The translations under genes and the position numbers were made by a program. Of a DNA stretch of 64,000 nucleotides, positions 19,494 to 29,553 are shown in pieces. Numbering within the stretch: the stretch's first letter is position 1; every line of letters begins with the position of its first letter. The notes below the pieces were generated by a model. The model made no database searches. It saw only the letters and a list, made by a program, of their open reading frames with translations, and was not told where the DNA came from. The DNA is from an uncultured Desulfurococcales archaeon. Its GTDB lineage: Archaea; Thermoproteota; Thermoprotei_A; EX4484-217-1. The stretch is taken from contig CAYOTT010000002.1 in NCBI GenBank assembly GCA_964406965.1, forward strand, positions 72,712-136,711. The letters are read 5' to 3'.

Positions 19494-19955
19494 ATGTCGG
19501 AAGGCGAGAGAGAGCATAAGTTAGAAAGGGAGGATGTAGAAGAGTTAAAAGAAGTTCTTAAAGCAGTTTCAGACTTTCTAATGAACCTTAAGGAGCCTAT
19601 AAAGGAGTTTATAGTGTTAACAATGAATGCGCTTAACGGCAAAAAGCTTGGTGAAGAAGTTGCAGACTTCTATAAGAGCTTAATTGAGAAAGGAGTTTCT
19701 GAAAAGCTAGCGGAGGAAATGACCAAGGAGTTTCTTAGGAGAAAGCTTAGCGCAATACCTAACATAGGAGACCTTGTAAAATCCTTTAAACATTCAACAT
19801 CTCATCTAACACGTATGGGCTTAAACGAGTCAATAAGGGCTCTTGAAAAACTTAAGGACCAAGTCCCCCCAGAGGAAAGAGAGAAAATAGAGAAAGCTTT
19901 GAAAACATTGCAAACAATTAGGGAGGTTAAGGAGGAAAGCGAGGAAGGGCGCTAA
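19494..19955 (+). CDS. hypothetical Glu/Lys-rich coiled-coil protein
   Basis: 153 aa, highly charged heptad-like sequence. No enzymatic motif. Confidence 0.4.
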   Translation: MSEGEREHKLEREDVEELKEVLKAVSDFLMNLKEPIKEFIVLTMNALNGKKLGEEVADFYKSLIEKGVSEKLAEEMTKEFLRRKLSAIPNIGDLVKSFKHSTSHLTRMGLNESIRALEKLKDQVPPEEREKIEKALKTLQTIREVKEESEEGR

Positions 19956-19958
19956 TGA

Positions 19959-20390
19959 ATGAAAAGAGATGTAGAAGAACGTGTCATTGAACTTGAGGAA
20001 AAGGTAGAAGAATTACTTAGAAGACTTAGAGCTATAGAGAAAACGCTTGAAGCTCTAGGAATAAACTATGAATTAGTAGCTATTGCCACAAAGCTTGCAA
20101 TAGCTTTTTCCACACCAGCTACATTAGCTTTAGAAGCTTCAAGAAGAGTTATTGAAGCCATTAAGATAGCTGGAAAGGACGACATTTCAACAGCCATTAT
20201 TGAAGCTCTAGCTGACTGTAAACCCTTAACAATTTCGGAGTTAACACGAAAAGTAAGGGTTCTTAGAGGAAAAGCATCTAGAAGAATAATTAGAAGCCGC
20301 GTTGAGAAGCTTGTAAAAGCAAAAATACTCACCATGGTCAATGAAGGTAGAAGGCGTAAGGTTACTTTAAGAGCGTGCTTGAAAAAATGA
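19959..20390 (+). CDS. hypothetical protein with N-terminal coiled coil and C-terminal winged-helix DNA-binding-like domain
   Basis: N-terminal EERVIELEEKVEELLRRLRAIEKTLEALG coiled coil. The C-terminal TISELTRKVRVLRGKASRRIIRSRVEKLVKAKIL resembles a wHTH recognition helix plus wing. It starts 4 nt after the previous ORF. Confidence 0.4.
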   Translation: MKRDVEERVIELEEKVEELLRRLRAIEKTLEALGINYELVAIATKLAIAFSTPATLALEASRRVIEAIKIAGKDDISTAIIEALADCKPLTISELTRKVRVLRGKASRRIIRSRVEKLVKAKILTMVNEGRRRKVTLRACLKK

Positions 20391-20621
20391 GGTTTTCATT
20401 TATTGCAATACTTAAACTGTTTAAAACGGTTCTCATTTTATTCTGGGCTATTTTTCGAATATTCACCCTATACCTAAATGTGAGGTTTAAGCTCATTCTT
20501 ATGAAAAGACAATTCAGAAAGACCCTTCTCAAACAGAACATGCCTAAAAATGTAGTCTTAGAGTTAGAAAATATTTACGTAGAGAAGTTGAAAGCTACAG
20601 TGGATTTCAAAAGTTTTATCA

Positions 20622-21821
20622 GTGAAGCTAAGAGAAGGAGAAGTGGAGGTGAAGCTCTTGACAATCCTTCTTAAAGACTTTAGCTTAGTTTATGGTGGTG
20701 TGAAACTTTATTTCGGCTTAAAATCAATAAAGAAGTTAAGAGAATACGTCGGAGACTATGAAGAAGTAGTAATAGCCGCTGGTAAATCTTCAGCCAAAGT
20801 AAGTGGGGCATTAAATGATGTAATAAGTGTTCTGAAAAAGTATGAAGTAAACTATGAAGTATTCGATAAGATTACACCTAATCCCTGGGCAAAGCAAGCT
20901 GATGAATTAGCTGAAGTTGTTTGGAGTTGCGGAGCTGATGCTGTAATAGCCATAGGCGGAGGTAGCGTTATAGATACAGCTAAAGTTTCTTCAGTTATTG
21001 CTGCTAGTGGGGGAAAGGCCGTTGATTATTTACTTAGAAAGAAGAAACCAAGATATATGATACCCTTAATAGCCATCAACTTAACACATGGTACAGGCAC
21101 AGAAGTTGATAGGTATGCTGTTCTAACCATTGAGGAAACTTTGGAAAAAAGAGGTATTTCCATAAGGTACCCTAATGTTAGCTTCGATAACCCAAAATAC
21201 CTGGTAACATTGCCTAAAAACCAAACAGTATATACTTCATTAGACGCGTTTTACCACGCATACGAAGCCGTTACCGCTAAAACCCTTTCATCCCCCTTTA
21301 TTGAATTAATTAGTTTAGAACCCATTAAACTAATTAAAACATGGCTTCCTAAGGCGCTTAGAAACCCCTATAACCTAAGGGCTAGATACTGGCTTCAATA
21401 TGCATCAATGCTTGCAGGAATAGCCATAGATGCAAGTTCAACACACATAGTACATGCAATAGAGCATGCTTTAAGCGGATTAAATCCTAAATTACCTCAT
21501 GGATGTGGTCTTGGAATAATCGGAGCTAGATCAGCGTATTATATTCATAAGACTAAACCTAGGGAATCAGCTCTACTTCTTAAAAAGCTTAACCCAAAAA
21601 TTAAGCCTAATGCTGAATATGCTAATGAAGCCGAGAAGACTGTTAGAGAATTTCAGAGAGAATTTGGTTTCGAAGAAAGCCTTAGCAACTATGGATTTAC
21701 AGAAAAGGATGTCGACACTGTGGTTAAGCTTCTCTTTAATGGTCTAAGATATTTATGGGATGAATCACCACTTGAATTAACGGCTAACATAGTTAGAGAT
21801 ATTCTTGAGAAAAGCTTTTAA
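20622..21821 (+). CDS. iron-containing alcohol dehydrogenase family protein (GTG start as listed)
   Basis: The dehydroquinate-synthase-like/Fe-ADH fold signature VIAIGGGSVIDTAKV and downstream His-rich metal site region (HIVHAIEHAL..H). Confidence 0.6.
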   Translation: MKLREGEVEVKLLTILLKDFSLVYGGVKLYFGLKSIKKLREYVGDYEEVVIAAGKSSAKVSGALNDVISVLKKYEVNYEVFDKITPNPWAKQADELAEVVWSCGADAVIAIGGGSVIDTAKVSSVIAASGGKAVDYLLRKKKPRYMIPLIAINLTHGTGTEVDRYAVLTIEETLEKRGISIRYPNVSFDNPKYLVTLPKNQTVYTSLDAFYHAYEAVTAKTLSSPFIELISLEPIKLIKTWLPKALRNPYNLRARYWLQYASMLAGIAIDASSTHIVHAIEHALSGLNPKLPHGCGLGIIGARSAYYIHKTKPRESALLLKKLNPKIKPNAEYANEAEKTVREFQREFGFEESLSNYGFTEKDVDTVVKLLFNGLRYLWDESPLELTANIVRDILEKSF

Positions 21822-22294
21822 CACAATAATTTTTCCATAAACAAATCCATCCATGCCCCCTTATCTCTAAACCCTACTACGGTAAATCCGTGGTTCCTAT
21901 AGAACCTTATAGCCCATAACGCCTTACTATGAACAACTAATTTAAGCTTCTTCAACCCCTTACTTCGAGCCTGTTTCTCTACGAAATTTAGAAGTTCTGA
22001 ACCAATACCTTTCCGTTGATAGCACGGCTTAACGTATGTAAAACGAACCAGTCCTTCCTCCTTATCGAGAATTTTAAGTGCAATTACACCGACAATCTCT
22101 CCGCCTAATTTGCATAGGAAAAATTCCATGCTCCTCATGTAGTTAATTACTTCATCGACAGTAATTATGGGGTATTTGAAATGAACTCCAAGAATCAGCG
22201 GTCTATAGTACATGTAGTTTGTTTCATTAATTATCGAAGCTATCTCGCTAGCTAAGGACTGATTAGCCTTAACAATTTCCTTACAAACCATCAA
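21818..22294 (-). CDS. GNAT family N-acetyltransferase
   Basis: Acetyl-CoA binding motif QRKGIGSELL (Q/RxxGxG/A). Confidence 0.7.
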   Translation of the reverse strand: MMVCKEIVKANQSLASEIASIINETNYMYYRPLILGVHFKYPIITVDEVINYMRSMEFFLCKLGGEIVGVIALKILDKEEGLVRFTYVKPCYQRKGIGSELLNFVEKQARSKGLKKLKLVVHSKALWAIRFYRNHGFTVVGFRDKGAWMDLFMEKLLC

Positions 22295-22379
22295 CTATCC
22301 ATCTCTACCTATATTTTGCTATAAAGGTTGATGTTTGCTACTGTAGGTACTGTTTTTAAACAATGTTATAATATTTTAC

Positions 22380-23567
22380 GTGGAGATTTCCATGGTGAAA
22401 GGCTTAGGAATAGATCCTGGAACTAAAAGCTTTGATCTTGTTGTTGTAGAAAACGGCGAAGTTGTTTGGGAGAAATCTATTGAAACAGTTGATGTAGCGC
22501 ATAATCCATCATTAATCATAGAAGCTGTTGAAGAAGCTGGTAATGTGGATTTGATTGCTGGTCCTTCAGGCTACGGTACACCATTAGTGTTCAACGATGA
22601 CATAATTGATCCCGAAGTTTTCTCTACAGAAATTTTGCTTTTAACAAAGAAGGAAGATATTGTTAAAGGTGTTAATCGTGGAGAGCTGGGAATGGCAGTA
22701 TATGATGCACTATCCAAAGTTGTTATTGAGTTTTGGAGGAGAAAGCTTCCAGTATGTTATATTCCATCAATAATACTTTTACCTACGGTGCCTAAGCGTA
22801 GGAAAATAAACAAGCTTGACATGGGAACAGCCGATAAAATGGCTATAGCATTTCTTGCAGTACATGATCAAGCTGAAAGGCTAAGTATAGATTATGAGGA
22901 AACAAGCTTTATCCTTGTTGAAATGGGTTTTGGATACAATGCAGTAATAGCTGTAGATAAGGGGAAAATAGTTGATGGTTTTGGAGGAACCTTAGTTCAA
23001 ACGGGGTTCCTGACTATAGGTGCTTTAGATGCTGAAATAGCGGTGGCTGGTAAGGTTTGGGAAAGATCAGATGTTTTCTATGGAGGGGTAGCTACAATAA
23101 TTAATACAGCTGATTTAGAATACGCTATTAGAAAATATGTTAATGGAGAGGAACCATATCTCTTAGCCTTTGAATCAATGCTTGAGTCTATAGAAAAAGC
23201 TGTTAGGGCAATGCTGACGTCTCAACCTCAACCTAGGGAAATAGTGTTATCAGGACGGCTAACTAGAATAACTGCGCTAAGAAAAGAGCTTGAAAGTAGG
23301 CTTGAAAAAATAGCTCCAGTAGTTAAGTTAAAAGGTCTTAAAGGAGCCAAAATATCTAAAGAAGCAACCCAAGGATATGCGGCAATAGCTGAAGGCCTTG
23401 CCGGAGGATTTTTCAAAAAACTTATTGAACACACTAGGATAGTTGAGGCTAAAGGAACGGTTATGGACTGGATTTATCATCCAAGACTTAAGAACGCAAA
23501 GGAAAGCTTAAGGAAAGCCTATGGAAAAGCCTTGAAAAAGGAGAAGCTAAGTAAAATAGGGATATAA
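22380..23567 (+). CDS. ASKHA-fold (actin/Hsp70/sugar-kinase-like) protein of unknown function (DUF1464-like)
   Basis: N-terminal phosphate-1 like GLGIDPGTKSFDLVVVE, and a second glycine-rich segment VEMGFGYNAVIAV. Confidence 0.4.
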   Translation: MEISMVKGLGIDPGTKSFDLVVVENGEVVWEKSIETVDVAHNPSLIIEAVEEAGNVDLIAGPSGYGTPLVFNDDIIDPEVFSTEILLLTKKEDIVKGVNRGELGMAVYDALSKVVIEFWRRKLPVCYIPSIILLPTVPKRRKINKLDMGTADKMAIAFLAVHDQAERLSIDYEETSFILVEMGFGYNAVIAVDKGKIVDGFGGTLVQTGFLTIGALDAEIAVAGKVWERSDVFYGGVATIINTADLEYAIRKYVNGEEPYLLAFESMLESIEKAVRAMLTSQPQPREIVLSGRLTRITALRKELESRLEKIAPVVKLKGLKGAKISKEATQGYAAIAEGLAGGFFKKLIEHTRIVEAKGTVMDWIYHPRLKNAKESLRKAYGKALKKEKLSKIGI

Positions 23568-23580
23568 ATAACATTGATTT

Positions 23581-24009
23581 TTAGCTTTTGGAACCTTTTG
23601 AAGAAGACATAATAGGTATGAACCACATTTTTTCAATACCTCTAATTTTCCTTAATAACTTCATCATACTTTGTATTTCACTCCATGTCGTTTCAACAAT
23701 TACAATGTTTAAACATAGACCTCCCTCTAGTAATTGATGGTAAAATGAACGTAAAATAGGTTGAAACGAATGTACTGTTTCAATAACTTTCTCATCTACT
23801 GAAGGTTTTAATTCGTGATTAGTTAATGCAACCAGTATTCCATAAATTCTTTTGCCTCCGAATATTTCTTCAGGATGTTTTTGCGCAACATATTCTCTTA
23901 AAGCTTCTCTTACAAACTCTGATCTTCCAGTATACCCGTATCTTCTAACGTACTCGTCAACTTTATCGAGAAGGCTATCTGGCAGGGAAATGCTAATTAT
24001 AGGTGCCAT
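23581..24009 (-). CDS. nikR: nickel-responsive regulator NikR family (ribbon-helix-helix plus ACT-like metal-binding domain)
   Basis: The N-terminal ISISLPDSLLDKVDEYV..GYTGRSEFVREALREYV is the RHH of NikR. About 140 aa with C-terminal His/Cys residues (HSFQ..H). Confidence 0.65.
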   Translation of the reverse strand: MAPIISISLPDSLLDKVDEYVRRYGYTGRSEFVREALREYVAQKHPEEIFGGKRIYGILVALTNHELKPSVDEKVIETVHSFQPILRSFYHQLLEGGLCLNIVIVETTWSEIQSMMKLLRKIRGIEKMWFIPIMSSSKGSKS

Positions 24010-24143
24010 GTTTTCACCGGTGAAATAATATAATAATTCCGCTATATAAGAGTTAATATTCTACCTATAATATAGACTTGATCAGTTAATAATAAAATTT
24101 ATTATATCGTTCCCGTATATTTTGCAAAAGCGTGTGAGGCAAA

Positions 24144-25937
24144 ATGGCCATGGTATATTCAACTTTAAGATTTTGGATGTTATTAGGCATTATTGCCGTC
24201 TTTGGTTTTATTTTATCTCTTGCTAGTGTGTACCATAATATTTTAAGTGTTTTGTTACTTGTTATTTCATTAATCATTTTGCTAAGGTTTTGTATTATTC
24301 TCGTTAAGAAAAGGAGAGTTTCTGTAGACCTATTAATGGGTGTTGCTGGTATTGTCACATGGTATATCGGTGCGGTTTTAGAGGGATTTTTGGTTTTTGC
24401 ATTGTATTCTATGTCCGAGCTAATAGAGCATTATGCTGAAAAATATGCTAAGAGAAAACTCGTAGGTTTAAGAGAATTACTTCCTGAAAAAGTTCCCATA
24501 CAGGAGAATGGTGAAATCCGTGAAAAAGATCTTGACTCTATAAACGTAGGTGATGTAGCTCTTATAAGGCCTGGCGATACTGTTCCGGCAGACAGTATTA
24601 TTGTTGATGGAGAATCGGCTTTTGACACATCATACATTACTGGCGAACCTGAACTAAAGGTTTTAAGGAAGGGAGATTACGTTGAAAGCGGATACGTTAA
24701 TAAAGGGGGTCTTGTTAGGGTTCGTATACTTAAAAAGCCAAAGGAGTCGCTACTTCAATTACTTGTTATGGAGGCTGAGAAAGCACTTGCAAGAAAGGCT
24801 TCAATACAAAAATTTATTGAAAGATTTTCGCAACCATACACTATTCTCATTCTCGTACTTTTCACATTAGCATCTATCGTTATAATGCCGTATAGAGCTT
24901 TAGCAATATTGCTAGCAGGTTGTCCCAGTGCATTCATAATTTCCTCAGCTACTTCAACAGCGTTAGCTATAGCCCTTTTAGCTAGAAAGTCCGTTGTTGT
25001 ACATGGAGGAATAGTTTTAGAAAATGCCTCTAAATCAAAAGTTTTAGTTCTCGATAAAACAGGAACTGTGACTTTAGGTAAGCTAAAAATTGTGAGGACA
25101 ATGGTTGCTAATAACTTATCTAAAGACGAAGTTTTGAAATTAGCGGGGGGTGCAGCTAAAGCTAGCAATCATCCCGTAGCTAAAGCTATTGCTGAACTTA
25201 GCGATTTAATACCTGAAAAAGCTATTGAGTATCCGGGTAAAGGAGTTAAAGCTGTTGTTAACGGGAAAACTGTTCTAATAGGGTCAAGAAGGTTTTTTGA
25301 AGAAGAAGGCGTTCACGTAAGTGGAAACTTAAAATGTGAAGTTGGTGGAAGAGAAGTCCTTGTAGCTATTAACCATAGATTTTCAGGAATAGTATGCTTA
25401 GGGGAGGAGGTTTCTAAGAATGTTAGAGAAATCATATTTTCACTTAAAAACATGGGTTTAAAACTTATTATGGCAAGCGGCGACGTTAAGGATAGGGTGG
25501 AGAAGGTAGCTAAACTCCTAAGTATAAAAGAGTACTACGCTAGTATGGGTCCTTTTGAAAAAATGGAGCTAATTAAAAGGTTAAAGACAACCTACAAGAA
25601 TGTAGCAATGGTTGGTGATGGAATAAACGATGTTGAGGCATTAGCTGAAGCAAATGTAGGTATTGCTATTGGGGATTTAAGCGTAGTATCTTCCGTAGCC
25701 GATGTCGTCATGCCCAGAGGCATAGATAAGCTACCAGAACTTTTTCAAATATCAAAAAGATACATGGCCTCACTATACGTATCAATGGCTTTAGCTTTAA
25801 CAATAAAACTAGCTGTTATGTTAGCTGGACTAGTAGGGCTTTTACCACTCTGGGCAATTGTAGGCATAGGAGATGATGGTTCAACGCTAGTATCGCTAGG
25901 TGTAGTAGTTGGGTTATTAGCATTTAAAAGAGGTTAG
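24144..25937 (+). CDS. P1B-type heavy-metal-translocating ATPase without N-terminal HMA domain
   Basis: DKTGTVT phosphorylation motif, GDGINDVEALA hinge, TM CPS(A) motif, and actuator TGEP (YITGEPELKV). Confidence 0.8.
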   Translation: MAMVYSTLRFWMLLGIIAVFGFILSLASVYHNILSVLLLVISLIILLRFCIILVKKRRVSVDLLMGVAGIVTWYIGAVLEGFLVFALYSMSELIEHYAEKYAKRKLVGLRELLPEKVPIQENGEIREKDLDSINVGDVALIRPGDTVPADSIIVDGESAFDTSYITGEPELKVLRKGDYVESGYVNKGGLVRVRILKKPKESLLQLLVMEAEKALARKASIQKFIERFSQPYTILILVLFTLASIVIMPYRALAILLAGCPSAFIISSATSTALAIALLARKSVVVHGGIVLENASKSKVLVLDKTGTVTLGKLKIVRTMVANNLSKDEVLKLAGGAAKASNHPVAKAIAELSDLIPEKAIEYPGKGVKAVVNGKTVLIGSRRFFEEEGVHVSGNLKCEVGGREVLVAINHRFSGIVCLGEEVSKNVREIIFSLKNMGLKLIMASGDVKDRVEKVAKLLSIKEYYASMGPFEKMELIKRLKTTYKNVAMVGDGINDVEALAEANVGIAIGDLSVVSSVADVVMPRGIDKLPELFQISKRYMASLYVSMALALTIKLAVMLAGLVGLLPLWAIVGIGDDGSTLVSLGVVVGLLAFKRG

Positions 25938-25976
25938 CAATTAGTTCTCGTATACGCCTTTATATGTGAGTAGTAT

Positions 25977-26876
25977 TTAATGGAACAAAGAACTTAACCT
26001 TATATAATTCTTTGGAATTTCTGCTCTTACACCCTTCTTAGGATCTACGGCCTGATTTATTCTCAAATTAACTATTAAGCTAGCTAACATATAGGCTTCT
26101 TCAAAACTATAACCGTATTCTCTCATTAAAGCATTTACTGCTTCTAATGTAGCATTATATGCTGCTTCGTCAAGATCTACCCCGGAAGCTATTATTGCAT
26201 AATAGTCTTTTGTTTCGAGAATAGGGTATTTAGGCTGTTTACCTTTAATAACATCGATTTTAACCATAACCTCTCCTGATGCTTCAGCGCCCGTGACACA
26301 TATTTCTCCATCTGCCTGTACTACGTGAACATCTCCCATAGCTAAAAGAGCTCCTTTAACGAAAACGGGAAAGTAAATCTTAGTTCCTGTAGTTAACTCT
26401 GCTACGTCCATATTACCTCCATGCCTATTTGAGGTTCCCGTCGGATATTCTCCTTCGCTAGGAGCAACACCTATAACTCCAATCATAGGCTTACCTTTAA
26501 TCTTTAAACTATTAAAACAAACCGTATCATCCTTTACTTTTAAAAGCTTTATTTTAGACTCATATTTTAAATTACCTAAAATACCGGCTCCCGGAACAAC
26601 AGCCATTATTGCAGTATTTTCGGCTCTAATATTTAAGATCTCGACTTTTAACGTATCCCCTGATTCGGCCTCCTCTACAAATAGAGGACCAGTAGCTGGA
26701 TTTATCTTACTCCAGTCTATTTCGCTAAGCTTAACATTCTCATCCCTTATTTGTTCTCCGAAGCAATCTTTTGTTTCAAAAACCACTATATCTCCTACAT
26801 GGGCTTTCTCTGCAGGCCTCATGGCTGGCATAAACTTGTAAATGACATGGTCTTTACTTATCCTTTTTAGCGCCAT
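25977..26876 (-). CDS. acetamidase/formamidase (FmdA/AmdA) family protein
   Basis: Family-typical N-terminal region (HVGDIVVFETKDCFG...SKINPATGPLFVEEAESGD); 299 aa. Confidence 0.65.
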   Translation of the reverse strand: MALKRISKDHVIYKFMPAMRPAEKAHVGDIVVFETKDCFGEQIRDENVKLSEIDWSKINPATGPLFVEEAESGDTLKVEILNIRAENTAIMAVVPGAGILGNLKYESKIKLLKVKDDTVCFNSLKIKGKPMIGVIGVAPSEGEYPTGTSNRHGGNMDVAELTTGTKIYFPVFVKGALLAMGDVHVVQADGEICVTGAEASGEVMVKIDVIKGKQPKYPILETKDYYAIIASGVDLDEAAYNATLEAVNALMREYGYSFEEAYMLASLIVNLRINQAVDPKKGVRAEIPKNYIRLSSLFH

Positions 26877-27002
26877 AGTTTTTGACCCTTAGAGTATATT
26901 TACAGAGCTAACATAAATCTCTAATTTTACATGAGCACCGGTTTTCTTATTTAATAAATATTAATAGGTCATAATGTTCATTATCCCACTTGGGATTGGA
27001 GA

Positions 27003-27974
27003 TTGGTATATCAAGTGTTTAAATCATTACCATTAAAAATTGACGGTAGGGCTAAAGCTCTGCTAACATTAATAGTACTGTCTCCTGCTTTTGCCGAGCT
27101 ACTAACCACTTCAACCACGCCATGGGACTTCTTTAACCCTATAAACTTCTTAATTCTCATAGGCCTTTACGGTTCTGGAGCTGTTCTCGTTAGAGAATTT
27201 AGAATTAGATATAACTTAGGATACGGCTCCCTTATATTATTAGGCATGGCTTACGGAATTCTTGAAGAAGGTTTAGCTGTAGAATCTTTCTTTAATCCCG
27301 AATGGAAAGACTTAGGTATTTTTGGCTCTTTTGGTAGATGGCTTGGTGTTAATTGGGTTTGGGCTGCTTATCTCACGCTTTTCCATAGTGTATGGAGTAT
27401 AACAGTTCCAATAGTTATTACAGAAGCATTATTTAGAAATCACTCTAAAGAACCATGGATTGAGAGAAGGAGCTTACTACTCTTTTTGTCATCAATAGTT
27501 TTCATAACGCTGCTATTCAATATCATAGTAATACCTTATAATGCTGGAGCATATGCTTATATGCTGTGTCTGCTTGTGATCATAATTCTTATAGAGTTTT
27601 CTAAGCTCTTTAAGCCTTCTCAATCAGCCTCCATAATGAGGCTACGTAAGTATTTTGCCTTATGGTTTCTATGGGCTTGGTGTTTCCTTATAGCTTTCTA
27701 TGTAACTCCACTCATAGTGCCATCACCTTTACTCTCAATATTCTTATCGATAATATTGGCAATTGCGGCTTTGAAGCTAACATTAGTTTTAGACAGTGAT
27801 GAGTCAACAAATCTTCATGCTTGGGCTTTTGCTGCAGGACCAATACTTGTTCTTTCCATAATTGACATATTAGCATCATTGCAGCCCGGTAGTGAGTATA
27901 AACTGTTCGTTGGAGCCTTATTTATCACTATAATTTTAATTATTTATAGACAGTTAAAAAGAAAGACAGCTTAA
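27003..27974 (+). CDS. hypothetical polytopic membrane protein
   Basis: 323 aa, about 8 predicted TM helices, no motif. Confidence 0.4.
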   Translation: MVYQVFKSLPLKIDGRAKALLTLIVLSPAFAELLTTSTTPWDFFNPINFLILIGLYGSGAVLVREFRIRYNLGYGSLILLGMAYGILEEGLAVESFFNPEWKDLGIFGSFGRWLGVNWVWAAYLTLFHSVWSITVPIVITEALFRNHSKEPWIERRSLLLFLSSIVFITLLFNIIVIPYNAGAYAYMLCLLVIIILIEFSKLFKPSQSASIMRLRKYFALWFLWAWCFLIAFYVTPLIVPSPLLSIFLSIILAIAALKLTLVLDSDESTNLHAWAFAAGPILVLSIIDILASLQPGSEYKLFVGALFITIILIIYRQLKRKTA

Positions 27975-27983
27975 ATAAATACA

Positions 27984-28865
27984 TCATGTAATACGTCCAT
28001 TTACCCGCAGTATTAAGATAATTAGCCAACCATAAATGAAATTAGATGACATAATTTCTACTAAATGAGCTAACCGTATATTTATAGGCATGAATTCGTT
28101 TGGCAATAGCAAACTAGACCCCATAATAACTGAAAATGTGAGAGCAACCATTAATCCTGCTTCCAACCAACGCCCCTTCATCATCTTTACTATTAAAATA
28201 GCTATTCCGGTAAAAATCAAAGCTCTCAAACCTTGAAAAGGAATTATCCATGGTGGAAGCTGGAGATTAGCATAGTATTCTTGGGCAGCTTCACCAGCTA
28301 ATGGCATGAAAACGAACATGCCAAATGTAATGTAGATAATAATGTAAATTGTCGCTATTAGAGCTAATTTCCAAAACCATTCTATCACAGGCATTGCTAA
28401 CCGCTTATGTTCTCCTAAAGCTTTACTTGTTTTATTATAAGTAAAAACAGCTATTGGTGTGAAAAGAGCCGCAGTAATTGCTCCATGTATGAAAAGCTGT
28501 GGTATAAGCTCTGTAGGTACTATTTTTACAAGGTACTGGAGAAAAACCACGGTTTCTACTTGGCTCAGAAAAGTTTTCACACCAAAGAAAACTATGAAAA
28601 CTGCTGTAATAAGTTTCCAACTGTACCAGTGAGAACGAACTATTAAATAACTTAAAACAATAACGTCGAAGAAACACATAGTGGTAAGCGCTAAAGCTGC
28701 ATGATATTTTAAAACAGGCAATCCTACGAGAAGCGATGCTGTTAGGAAACATATGCATAGTATGAGTGTGAGAAATAATGTTTTAAGCCCAAAGATAATT
28801 ATTTCCTTATAATTCACCTTATTATTCCTCTCACAATGTTTATTGCTTACACCTATAAGCCACAT
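27984..28865 (-). CDS. hypothetical polytopic membrane protein
   Basis: 293 aa, multiple TM helices. Confidence 0.4.
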   Translation of the reverse strand: MWLIGVSNKHCERNNKVNYKEIIIFGLKTLFLTLILCICFLTASLLVGLPVLKYHAALALTTMCFFDVIVLSYLIVRSHWYSWKLITAVFIVFFGVKTFLSQVETVVFLQYLVKIVPTELIPQLFIHGAITAALFTPIAVFTYNKTSKALGEHKRLAMPVIEWFWKLALIATIYIIIYITFGMFVFMPLAGEAAQEYYANLQLPPWIIPFQGLRALIFTGIAILIVKMMKGRWLEAGLMVALTFSVIMGSSLLLPNEFMPINIRLAHLVEIMSSNFIYGWLIILILRVNGRIT

Positions 28866-28994
28866 TATTAATAAAACTTTACATTAATTTTAGGAGGTTT
28901 TTATTGTTTAAACTATCACTTTGCTGAGGCCTTCTTGGGGTATCGCATAAGTGTAGCATTAATAATTACTTAGCATATTCATTATCTGGACTTT

Positions 28995-29465
28995 TTAGTG
29001 CTTAGCTATAATGCCTATTTCAGGTTTTAAAACCTTAACGAGTTCTTTAGCGCTAATTTTTACTAAATGATGAAAAGAACCTCCACCCACTAATATTATG
29101 TTTTTGCTTAGAACAGACTTATCGAATATTATATTTAACCTTGTAATTTCTTCCATAAGTGGACTTACTTCTCCGGGCCTCACACCTAAGATATTAACTA
29201 TTTCGTTAGGTTTAGCTAATCTAACTTTCTTAGCACCTACGGTTTCTGCTATATTTTTAAAACTAAGTTTCTTATCTCCGGGCAACACTATAGCATATGG
29301 TTTCTTATCGGCTATAACTATCATTGTTTTTAATATTTTGTCTTCTGGAAAGCCTGATGCTTTAGAAGCCGAATTAACACTTTCAACAGTATCTTTAAAC
29401 TCTAAAATCTCGGCTTTAACCCTACACTTGCTAATGAACTCTTTAACCTTATCAACACCAGTCAA
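28995..29465 (-). CDS. YbaK/ProX-type aminoacyl-tRNA deacylase domain protein (probable TTG start; the listed ORF extends further upstream)
   Basis: The C-terminal two-thirds (KASGFPEDKILKTMIVIADKKPYAIVLPGDKKLSFKNIAE...LGVRPGEVSPL...LVGGGS) matches the YbaK deacylase fold. The N-terminal 58 aa of the long ORF are hydrophobic junk. Confidence 0.55.
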   Translation of the reverse strand: MTGVDKVKEFISKCRVKAEILEFKDTVESVNSASKASGFPEDKILKTMIVIADKKPYAIVLPGDKKLSFKNIAETVGAKKVRLAKPNEIVNILGVRPGEVSPLMEEITRLNIIFDKSVLSKNIILVGGGSFHHLVKISAKELVKVLKPEIGIIAKH

Positions 29466-29553
29466 TGCTAAATACGCCAAGTAAGTAAAGTGTATAGTGA
29501 ACTCCTTAAAGTTTACTTCAAAACAAACAATGCCGTCACTATTTAAGGAGGTT

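Noticed and set aside
20375-20674. 99-aa ORF between the wHTH protein and the Fe-ADH gene
   Set aside because: It overlaps both neighbours and has a hydrophobic low-complexity N-terminus. It more likely spans a 230-bp intergenic or promoter region, though a small membrane protein cannot be excluded.
24086-24358. 90-aa minus-strand ORF overlapping the P-type ATPase start
   Set aside because: It is antisense to the ATPase N-terminus and covers the nikR-ATPase intergenic region, which is more likely regulatory.
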